Shown in pieces: positions 25,001-37,000 of a stretch of 64,000 bases of DNA. This DNA is from Chiloscyllium plagiosum (Eukaryota): contig NC_057719.1 of the NCBI RefSeq assembly GCF_004010195.1, positions 50,076,302 to 50,140,301 on the forward strand, written 5' to 3'. The notes beneath the pieces were generated by a model. It was given only the letters and a program-made list of their open reading frames with translations. It was not told the origin of the DNA and made no database searches. Position 1 is the first letter of the stretch; each line of letters begins with the position of its first letter. The translations under genes and the position numbers were made by a program.

Positions 25001-28000
25001 CATAAAGTACTGATTTAAAATAAAGTTTGTTGTGTTTTACATGCAAAACAAGTTGAGATTTAGAACGTAGAATTTCCATTTATATTTTTCAGTTGCTTTG
25101 TTTCTTCTAAAAAAATTTATTCATGCAGCAAGGAGAGCAGACCTTTTCCAAATCATTACACAATTCTACTCATTATATAGCTGCTGGAACATCTGCAAGA
25201 ATATATTTGATCTTTCTTTGAAACATTACCAGGATAAAATTTCCAAGGTGAAAGGCAGAAATTGAATATCTCATGCTATCACATCATTGAAGATTGGCAA
25301 AATCCTCAGAGAAACAGTACAAAAAAGCTATTTCTTCTGATTTTGTTTTTAGCTTGTATGTTGAAGTTACAGGAAAATTCAGGTACAAAAAATCTCCCTC
25401 ATTCTTTAGAATGAGTTATCACACTTCCTGTGTGAGAAACAGTGGGTTTAATTCACCATAACTTTACTGACATCAGTCAACTATTTCATCTTCTCTGGAG
25501 GGGGAAAAAGTAGGAGATTTTTAAAAAATGCAATTTTCATTTACTTCTAAGCAGAATATGATTGACCTTAACTATGAATTACATGCATATTGCTCCTTTT
25601 TCTAATACCAGAGTGAGCTCTAGTTGGCTAATTTATTTGTTTTAGTTTCTCTGTCTGAACTGCAACTAGTTTTATTTGTCTTTAATGCAGTCTACATTTT
25701 CCCCCTTCCTCAACAGACACTTATTAGTAAACCCAAGGGATCGTCGAGTTGTCATTATTGAATCTATTCTATGCCCATCGCACTTCAGAGAAACACTCAC
25801 CAGAGTCTTCTTTAAGCACTTTGAGGTATGGAATGATTTAGCTGGAGGAGAATAAATAAGTTGGATGAGCCTGAGTGCATTCTAATTGGAAATGAGTTTA
25901 TATGCTATTGGCTGCCTGTATAAATCCATTACCGGACTTTTGTGATTTCTGAAGAAGTTCAAAAAAATTGGATTTTGTAACTTGCCAGAACAGATATGTA
26001 ACTAAAAAGTTACCCATTTTCACTATACGGACCCAGAGAGCTCTAGTGCACTTTTTAGCAGTAAGAGTTTAGCAGTATTTGAGAAATGACCAATAACAGA
26101 ACATTTACCTTCTCAATGGGTGATACAGGAGTAAAGTTAATATATTACAATGGTGTCTATAATACTTACTATTGATATAGTGAAAATAATGAGAAATATT
26201 AATATTACATTATCTTATTATTGCATTTTTAATAGCAGAAATGACTGGGTTTGTTAGGTATTTGTTATACCACTAGGTGGAGTACCACACTGATAGAATG
26301 GGAAGCAGAGGAAAGACTATTGTCTGTAGAATGGGGAAATTGATACTTTAATGTATTACATTTGGGTTTTCCATAGAAATTGAATATGGGAGATGATCTA
26401 AAATCAGAAAAATGTGATCTTCTACTTGTTTTTGTAGGTTCCTTCAGTGCTCTTTGCTCCAAGCCATCTCATGTCTCTCCTGACTCTTGGTATTAATTCT
26501 GCTGTGGTATTAGATTGTGGATATACAGAAGCTCTAGCACTGCCTGTATCCTTTTGAAAATGTGTTTGGATAACAGATGAAATGGTAGCTGATTATTAAA
26601 ACTTACTTAATTTTAATCATCAACAGTGTAGTGTTTGGGGATTGATATTGCAAATAAATAGAAACATGGTTGTATTGGAAATCAAAAGTATTGACAACTT
26701 AATGGCATTGTGATGACGTTTCACAAAGGAAGATCCTCCTCTAATGATTTCTAATTTCCTTCTTCCTGGACTTAATGAATCCATTTGCACAAATTGGATT
26801 TGTACATTTCCCCTCATACAGATGTGTTTATTTATGGACTGTGTTTCTAGCCTCTGTTGACCATGGCTAAAATTGCTCATTCATTGGCTGCCTTTTCTGT
26901 TGTAATGAGTTTTATATGTCTGGACTGCATCTGTAGTATAATCTTTGCCCTTCAGCTTTTGATAATGAACACAATTGTGCTTGTCATTTGTTTAGTGGAA
27001 TGTTTTTAAGAACAATATTCTAGTAGGAAAGTAAATAGATTTAGGTAAAATTATGTCAAAATAAAAGAAAATTCAATACAAATGAGAAATAATGGGTCAG
27101 TGGATGATGGTTATTAGAAGTGAACCACTTATGCATTTGTGATTTATGATGTAAATAGTTTGTTCTGTAATGTTTGCTTCAACACTATGGTGAAAAAAAT
27201 CTCCTTAATCTTATTCGGGAGGCCAGAATTACCTTAGAAATGTGGCCTTATGCATTAATTTTGAGAACTAAAATTCATTTTTAAAGTCTCCTTTTCTCCC
27301 AAAATGTATTGGCTCAATCATCATAACCATAATTGGCAGTTAAAAGGGGCAAGCATGTCTTTACACAACCTTGTCAAAGGTGTGGGTGAAATAGGCTGCT
27401 GTTGGGAATTTTATCTGTTAATATTCTCATAGTATTCAAAAATATCCTCCCTGTATTTTCTGTTTGAAGAATTATGCTGAACTTGAATTTTGGGTTGTCA
27501 TTTGGGCTTGTAGTTTGTTCTGGAAGCTACACAGATTAATATATAGGGCCCTGTTCTTTGTAGACAGAACATGTGCAAGCATGGCATCTATTTCATCTTG
27601 ACAAAATAGGTGATGGCCATTCGCAGGTCTGTATATGTGATATTGCTTTTTGCTTTGACCTTAGCTTAACTTTAACAGATATATGAAGGAATTCCTATTT
27701 TGAATGCCTGGCAAGCACTTCCTTTGGGAGGAAAATCAATCCATTTGTAAGGATTTAAAATATGTAATATCTGCATGTAAAAATATCAATACATATTCAA
27801 CACATTTAAAGATTGAAGTTGGAAAAAATACAAAATGTTATTTTATTACTGAAGGGAGTTGCAATCACGGTTATTAGAAGAATGCACTGTGGACACTGGG
27901 ACCAAAACTGGAGAAAGCTTAGCATCTGTGATGAGTAAGGATTGAAATACCAATTTTTTTAAAAAAATAAAAATATATTGCATATTTACAATTATTCTGA

Positions 28001-31000
28001 GGCACTTTAGCAATGATTTATCTATTTTAAAAAAAGAAATCCTATGTAACAGTCTGGTTTCAAAATGCTTTGCATCCTCAGATTTCTTTGTACTGCACCC
28101 TGTGATGTATGCAAATTAGTTGAGCACAAATAGCAACAAGTTTGGTTTACGTAGATTTTTAAATGTATTCATTTAATAAAGTTATTTAGTATAACTTAAC
28201 TGACATCCAGTATTTACATTTTAAATATAATGCTGTGGAACTTTAGACTTAATGTTGTTTCCCAATCCATTTAAATAGGTTTAATTCCAGAAGAAACTCT
28301 TGAGGATATTAAAGGTAAGAGCTATCCTAGATGGTTCTGTAATTGCTAGTTGGAAGACTTATATAGTAAATATAATTGTCTATCAAATAAAAACTACAAA
28401 CGTTCTAAATCTAAAATAAGAACAAAGATGTCATAATGTGCAAAAATTCATGATCTGAAATGGCAAAGTAGATTAATGTTTCTGATGTAACTTTTTATGG
28501 GTTAATCTGTTCATTTTTGAGAGGATGTAAAGTTGCATGTGAAGCTTATATCTGTTCATAATCTCATCACTAGGATTAATATGCTTTTTATTTATTTTTA
28601 AAGTCTAAAATAACTTGGCACTACTTTGATATAAAACTTGATTTAAGAAAAGGATGTGCACAAGGTATATGAAAGTGAGATGCTCAGTGAAAATTAGGAT
28701 GAAGCAGGAGAAACGTGCTCAATATTAAACTGGTCTAAATAAGCATACAATTGATTTGAAATCTGTGTATTCATATTTTTAGAAGGATTGAATTTCTTAA
28801 AAACATTTGTGTTTTTCAGTTCGTACTTGCTTTGTGAGTGATCTGCAAAGGGGACTGAAAATTCAAGCTGCCAAGTTTAACATTGATGGAAAAGCTGAGG
28901 TCAGCTGGCAAATATGATTGACTAATTGAACTTAAAAATCAATGCATGGCAGTAATTGGTATTCTATATTTACTTGTAGCAGCCTCAACAACCCCCAGAT
29001 GTGGCATATCCTCTGGATGGAGAGAGAATTTTACATGTCAGCGGATCAATCAGGTTGGATTACTGGTACAAATAATATAAAGTAAACTGTATAATACCTG
29101 GGTTGTGATGAAAGGGATGGGCTACAATGATGAAGGGGTAGAGTCAAAAGGTGTGGTGCTGGAAAAGCACAGCAGGTCAGGCAGCATCCGAGGAGCAGGA
29201 GAGTCAACATTTCGTGCATGAGCTCTTCATTAGGAATGAGTGGGTGGCCAAAAGGGCTGAGAGATAAAATGGGATGGGGGCGGGGTTAGCGGGAATGCAA
29301 TAGGTAGACGAAGGTGGGGGGTGATAGTGATAGGTCAAAGAGGAGGGTGGAGTGGATTCGTGGGAAGGAAAATGGACAAGTAAGACAGTTCAAGAAAGCA
29401 GTGCCAAGTTGGAAGGTTGGATCTGGGATAGGGTGGGGGGAGGGGAGATGATGAAACTGGTGAAATCGACATTGACCCCGTTGTTCTCTGAAATGTTCCA
29501 CAAGTTGGCATCCTGTTCCCCAATGTAGAGGAGACCACATTGGAGCAACAGACACAGTAGGTGACGTGTGGAAGTACAGATAAATCTCTGTCAGATGTGG
29601 AAGAATCCTTTGGGGCCTTAGATGTAAGTGAAGGGGAGATGTGGGCACAGATTTGCACTTCTTGCCGGAGGAGGGGAAGGTGCTGGGAGTGGTTGGTGGG
29701 AGTGTGGACCTAACCAGGGAGTCACTGAGGGAATGGTCTCTGCAGAACATAGGGTGGGGAGGGAAATATACCCCTGGTGGTGGGGTCTGCTTGTAGGTGG
29801 TAGAAATGGCAGAGGATGATGCTTTGTATCCGGAGGTGAAGACCTTGGGGGGGGAATCTATCCTTGTTGCGATTGGAGGTGGAGGTGTGGGAAGTGGAGG
29901 AGATGCGCTAGAAAAAACGTTGACCATGTGGGAGGCAACATTGTGATCCTTGAAGAAGGAGGCCATCTGAGATGTTCTATGGCGGAATTGGTCCTCCTAG
30001 GAACAGATGCAGCACAGAATTGGGAGTAAGGGATAGTGTTTCTACAGGAGGCATGGTAGGAGGAGGTGTAGTCCAGCTAGCTGTGGGTTTGAAGTCGATG
30101 TCCCTGTTGAGTTGGTAGATGGAAATGGATTTGGAGAGGTCTAGGAAGGGGAGGGAGGTGTCTGAGATGGTCCAGTTGAACTTGAGGTCAGGGTGGAAGG
30201 TGTTCGTGAAGTTGATGAATTGTTCAACATCCTTCTGGGAGCACAAGGTGGTGCTGATACAGTCATTGATGTAGTGGAGGAAACGGTAGGGAATAATGCC
30301 AGTGCAACTGCGGAAGATGGAGTGTTCCACGTATCCGACAAAGAGGCAGGCATTGCTGGGGCCCATGAGTGCCCATGGCTGCTCCTTTTATCTGGACGTC
30401 ACCCCTCCAATCGCAACCAGGAGATAACTCCCCTGGTCCTTGCCTTTCATCCCATCAACCTCTGGATACAACACATCATCGTCTGCCATATCCACCACCT
30501 ACAATCAAACCCCACCACCAAGGATATATTTCCCTCCCTACCCCTATCTGCGTTGGAGAGACCATTCCCTCCACGACTTTCTTATTAGGTCCACAGCCCC
30601 CACCAACCCGCTCTTCATACCCGGCATCTTCCCCTGCCCCGGCAAGAAGTGCAAAACCTTTCCTGTCATCTCTGTCCAAGGCCCCAAAGAGTTCTTCCAC
30701 ATCTGACCGAAATTGACCTGTACTTCCACACATCATCTACTGTGTCCATTGCTCCCGATGTGGTCCCCTCTACATTGGGGAACAGGGTGCCAACTTGCAG
30801 AACGTTTCAGAGAACATCTCTGGGACATGCACTAAACAATCCCAAACACTTTTAACTCCGCCTCCCAGACTGCCAAGGACATGCAAGTACTGGGCCACCT
30901 CCACTGCCAAACTCTAGCGATGCAATATCTGCAAGAACACCTCATCTTCTGCCCTGAGACCCTCTAACCACACAGGACCAATGACAATTTCACCAGTTTC

Positions 31001-34000
31001 GTCATCTCCCCTCTCTCCACCCTATACCAGATCCAACCTTCCAACTCAGCACCGGCCTCTTGAACTATCCTACCTGTCCATCTTCCTTCCCATCTATCAG
31101 CTCCACCCTCCTCTCCGACCTATCACCGTCACTCTTCCACTTTCATCTACCTATCATATTCCCAGCTACCCCATCCCCAGCTCCATTTACCTGCCAACCC
31201 TCTCGAGCCACCCCCTCATTCCTGATGAAGACCTTATGCTGGAAACATCAACTCTCCTACTCCTTGGATGCTGCCTGACCAGTTGTGCTTTTCCAGCATC
31301 ACACTTTTCAACTCTGATCTCCAGCATCTGCAGCCCTCACTTTCTCCTCCCTGATGAAGCGGTAAGTGGAGTTTGTACCTTTAACGCCCCTGTTTAGTGT
31401 AGTCTTCATTTCAATCAGTTTGTTATTGGGGAAACAATTAGGCAAATATTCATTTGTTAGGAAGCTCTTCAACCATGTCCTGAAACAAACTCGCTATCAC
31501 AGCCACATTTGCTTCCTCAGTGCCTGTCTCCGTAACCAACTCATCCCGCACGGACTCCGGACCACCTTTAAACCAGCAGAGTTCGGACCCGAACAGGACA
31601 AACAGTACAGCTTTTATTCCTGATGAAGGGCTTTTGCCCGAAACGTCGATTTTGCCTGTCCTCGGATGCTGCCTGAATTGCTGTGCTCTTCCAGCACCAC
31701 TGATCCAGAAATATTCATTTGTTACCTGGTGACACCATAAGTGATACCCTTCAATTGACATTTTGAGCTTTTCAATTGAGAAGTTATTAGTGTATGCTTG
31801 TAAAGAATATACAGAATAACCTTGATTATCCAAACAAGACAGACGGGGAGAACTTTGGTCGGATAATTGATTGTTCAGATAACTGATCTGATCATAAATG
31901 AAGGAAGTATTTATGGGGCCTTGAGATTTTGTTCAGATAATCTGAAATTCAAATGACTGATGTTCGGATAACCGAGGTTGTTCTGTAGTTAGAGAGCAAA
32001 TTTAGAAGGAAATGGACCTCAGTGATAAGTCAGTTGGCTACTATGATGAAATTTTTAAAAAGTGAGCAAATCTGGCTTCTTCAATGACTTTGTTAATAAA
32101 GAACTTGTCCAATATAAAACTGAACCATAAAGGGTAGAGAAATCTTGGGTTAAGTTCATGGTTTGAGCTCAGTTGCTGAACTTAGGTTCCATATGCGAGA
32201 CTAACAGAGAAAGGTTGCACACATTAGTGAACCATGGGAGGAAATTAGCAGTCTTACCTGCTGTGGCCTACATATGATCCAGATCCACAATAATATAGTT
32301 GACTGTAGATAAGATATAAGCGGGTAGATTGTTTCCACTGGTGAGTGAAACTAGAACTAGGTGATATAGTCTTAAAACCTGCTCCCCCCTTATTTTGAAT
32401 CTGAGTTGAGGAGGAACTTCTTCACCCAGAGGATTGTGAATATGTAGAATTCCCTGCCTAATGAAGCAGCTGAGGCAACCCCCGTTGAATGTTTTTAAGG
32501 CGAAGATAGATTTTTGAACAGTAAAAGAATTAAGGGTTATGGTGAGGATGCTGGTAAATGGAGCTGAGTACATGGTTGGAAAAAATGGTGGAACAGACTT
32601 GATGGGCCAGGTGGCCTACTCCAGCTCCTATTTTTTATGATTGTTTGTTTCTTTCTGAAATGGCCAAGCTAGCCACCAAATTATATCAAGCCACTACAGA
32701 AAGAAAGGATTATGGTGCACAGTAGTTTAAGAAAGTGACTCACCACTATATTCTTGAATCTGCAGTCATTGTTTTTACCTCGTTACTATATTCTTGAGGG
32801 CAATTTGGCATGGACAACAAATGTCGATGTTGGTAGATTAGATTAGATTCCCTACAGTGTGAAAACAGGCCCTTCGGCCCAGCAAGTCCACACCAACCCT
32901 CTGAAGAGCAACCCACCCAGACCCATTCCTCTACATTTACCCCGACTAATGCACCTAACACTATGGGCAATTTGGCATGGTCAATTCACCTAACCTGCAC
33001 ATCTTTGGTATTGACAATGTTGCTCTTGGCCCATATGCATTTTTTTTAAATCACATTGCAAAAGTTAGTAAGCAAGTCAATATAGAAACAAGATTTCTCT
33101 GTCTCTCAATGTACCACACTTTTTCTTTCCGGGCAGAAAATATACAATTGACGAGAATCCATTATTAGGACTCAAGATAGAACACTGGAGCTTAGTCTTT
33201 TTATGCATGAGCATTTCTTTATAGAGATACGCAGTACATATTCTGCACCAATAACCATGCTTCCAACCAACTCAAATGTGTGAACACATGGTGACTTGAC
33301 AATCCTAACCACCTGAATGCAGTTAATCCCAAAATGATGTGTAATTAACATCAGTTGTCAAGTATTTGGTATTTTAACATATTAAATATAGATCTAAAGC
33401 AAACTAGAAAAAATTGAGTTTGCAAACTGCATTTTGAAAAAAAATTAAAAGAAGTTTTAACATATCAACAGCAACGATTCATTTTAAATTACAGCAAGTG
33501 ACCTTGTCTGCAAAATAATATCCACAGAAAAAAACTTTTATCAACCAAATATAACAGCTGTGATAAAACAAGCTGCTCTATCTATGGAATCAGTTAACGT
33601 AAAGTCAATCTAAGAATATTGACCACACCCCTTTAATTGTCAAGTTTTCACATTTAAATTAAGTTGTAATACTATTTTACTTTCTTACCATTGACTCAAA
33701 TTAAATTAGTTGTCTCTTATGTCATTATAAGCCAAGCATTCGGTTATATTTTTAATTCAAGGATTTTTTTTTTGTTTGCAGAGATTCTGTAATTGAAATT
33801 CTCTTTGAACAAGATAATGAAGAGAAGTCTATCGCCACTTTAATCCTTGACTCACTTTTACAGGTAAGAAATTGCTGTGAGACAAAGTTACTGGGTTTAG
33901 TTTAGAAAACTGCGTCTACTTTGATACAGCATCGTAATTTGCCATTAAATGTGCTAAAGTGACCCAGAATTAAAATGCTACTATTATCATGGAAGTATAA

Positions 34001-37000
34001 TTTCAGTGACAGTGTAGCTCAGTGGTAGCACTACTCTCTGATTGCAATAATTCCAGGGCTGTATTTGTAGAGGAGAAAAGAGTTGTCCCAGTGTTCTGCC
34101 CGATATGACTCTCCAAACTAAAAGCATAATCCTCTCTTCCTTTGTCCCAAAAGCAATTCATTGTTTATTTTTCTTGTTTACTGTTGTTGGACGAGCTGCT
34201 CAAAACCTTCTACAAAGTAAGTGATTGTACTTTAGAAATAATTTGATGGGAAGTGTTTTGGGATTTCCTGAGGGCATGGAAAATATTGTATAAAGTAAGT
34301 TATTCTGATGTAAAGTTGAAATTGAAAATGTTGTAGAACACTGTGGCAAACCAGCAAGTAGAGGTTTGATACTTTTCCTTCTTTTCCTGAAGTGGCAATG
34401 TTGGCTTCACGGAGGAGAAACAAGGTATTTCCTTGATGAGCAACAGGGAGGAATGGGGGGAGAAAAAGCTTTTGAAGGCAAAGCTTTCTTAATTCAAGGT
34501 CCACTACTTCCTGACCTATCGCTGGTTATTTGAGTAGTGCTGGCAGGTTTGAAGTAGATAAATCACTTGTCTTATTGGATAGAATAATGATACTTCTGTT
34601 TTACTAAAATATTTCTTCTAAATTGTTGCTAGTGCCCTATTGACACAAGAAAACAGCTGGCAGAAAACCTTGTAATCATTGGTGGAACTGCTATGCTACC
34701 TGGCTTTCTACATCGAATTATGGCTGAAATTCGTTACCTGGTGGAGAAACCAAAATATAAACAAGTGTTGGCAGCCAAGACATTCAAAGTTCATACTCCA
34801 CCTGCAAAACCAAATACAGTAGCTTGGTTAGGAGGTGAGACTATCTTCAGTAACATTTCTGGGCTAATTAAGCCATGTATATTTATGAATAATTTTATTG
34901 TATCAAGAGATAATTATTGAGGACTAATAATCTTGTGCCCAGGGTGAAAATGGTGTGCAGTGGAGCATCTATCTGATTTCTTGTATCAATGCCTAGTGTG
35001 GTTTGACTTCATATTGGTTTGTGGGGCAAAGTCTCTGTTATGGAAATGGCTTATATACATGTGGGTGTGACTTACTTGTGCAGAGTTTTGTTTTACCCTA
35101 TGCTATATTCCGAAATTGTTTAGATAGACTATTCTAATTTTACATTGACATTCAGTTGTACAAATAGACGTCACTATTATTATGATGCAAAGGAGGCCAT
35201 TTGACTCGTCATTTACATAACTGACTCTCAGAATATTTTGGCTTAATGCCAATCTCCTGCCTTTTCCTCGTACATTGTTTCTGTTTCTATTCAGAGGCTG
35301 AGGGGCATGGATAGGGTAAATAGACATTGTCTTTTCCCTGGAGTTGAGTCCAAAACAGAGGGCATAGGTTTAGGGTGAGAGGGGAAAATTTTAAAAGAGA
35401 CCTAAGGGGCAACTTTTGCACATAAGGTTGTGCGTGTATGGAATGAGCTGCCAGAGGAAGTGGTGAAGGCTGGTACAATTACAACATTTAAAAGGCATCC
35501 ATATGAATAGGAAGGGTTTAGAGGGATATGGGCCAAGTGATGACAAAGGGTTAGGTTAGGATATCTGGTCGGCGTGGATGAGTTGGACTGAAGGGTCTGT
35601 TTCCGTGACGTACATCTCTATCATTCTATATAAATAATTATCTAAGGTCCCTCCTGAGTGCCTCAATTGAGCCTGCCGCAATGAGGCAATGCACACCACA
35701 GCCTAACTACTCACTGTGTGAAAATATTTTTTTCACATCTACATTGGCTCTTTTGAAATCTATGGTGGTTCTTCTTTGTATAAGTGGGAAATTTCTGTCT
35801 GTTCTGTGTCCAGACACTTCATGATTTTAAAAACTTCCATTGAAAATTTTATAAGTTTGTAAACCTGAGAGTTACCAAAAGAGTGGAAAAAATGCAAGGA
35901 TTACAAATTTAATAAACTAAAGTGTATAATATGTTTAACAATATAGCATAATATATCTTTGGATTCTTTTAAATCATGCGAAAGCATGATGGGCATCAAA
36001 GAGATGTCCAACCTTATCCCACACCATTTTATTTTTAATTTTGCAAATTCTTTTCAAATATCAATTGCCTTTTCAAAGTTCTGATGGAATATTCCACTAT
36101 TAGGAAGAATATTCCAGATTATCCTAATCCTCTGTGCAATATAACTACATTTTCTTTTCAGCTCTATTTTGCTAATTATGTTAAATCTATGAGCTTTGGT
36201 TTGCTGCCTATTTGTTAAATAAGCTGACCTATTCCTGCTTGTTCTACCAAAGGATTTTTTCATAAATTTGAATCTTTGTTTGGTCTCTCCTAAAGAGAAC
36301 AAATTACCATCTCTCTACTCTTCACATAAATGTTTCTTTACTTCCTAGGGCCAAGGAAAGTTGGTGGCATGTTGATAAGGCTGAAGGCCATGTGTAGTGG
36401 TGTTATTATTAGACTAGTAATCAAAGACCCAAGACAATACTCTTGAGGAATGTTTTTCATTCCCATAGTGGAATTTGAATTCAGTTAATAAATCTGGAAT
36501 TGAAAGCTAATCTCAGCTTCTTGGCCTATGTCACTGTTATAGAGTATTTCAGTCTGGTCAGGAATATCCAAACTGGCCTAGTAAAATATGACTAACTTTA
36601 AAATTAAAAGAATGAACCTGAACAGACTGCCTGACACTGACCAAGATACTGCAAACAACAATGGTACGCATAGCCCTGATGACTGTAAAAAGTCTTTATG
36701 ACTAACCTCTGGGGATTATGCTGAAATCTCATTGACTAGTTAACCAACAATCTAACACTCGATATCTGACTCCGTGAGAATGACCCTGTCTCTAGCATCA
36801 TCACTAGAAGTGATGGCACTATTGTGTGCAATGGGGAGGGATTTGCCTTGAGAATGGACCCCATGGCATCAAGTCAAACATTAGCAAGGAAGCCTTATGC
36901 TGATCACCAGCTACGTTTCTCTTCCCCTATTAAGTAATTAATTCTCTTCCATAATTGAGCACCACTAGGAGGAAGCACTGAGCACAAAATGTATTCTGGG

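Noticed and set aside
27095..27170. Possible C/D box snoRNA in ACTR10 intron 5
   Set aside because: No proper RUGAUGA/CUGA pair or terminal stem
31351..31357. Extra CTGATGA resembling a hammerhead core
   Set aside because: No stem II or GAAA follows; it is part of the TSD of the 29141-31351 insertion
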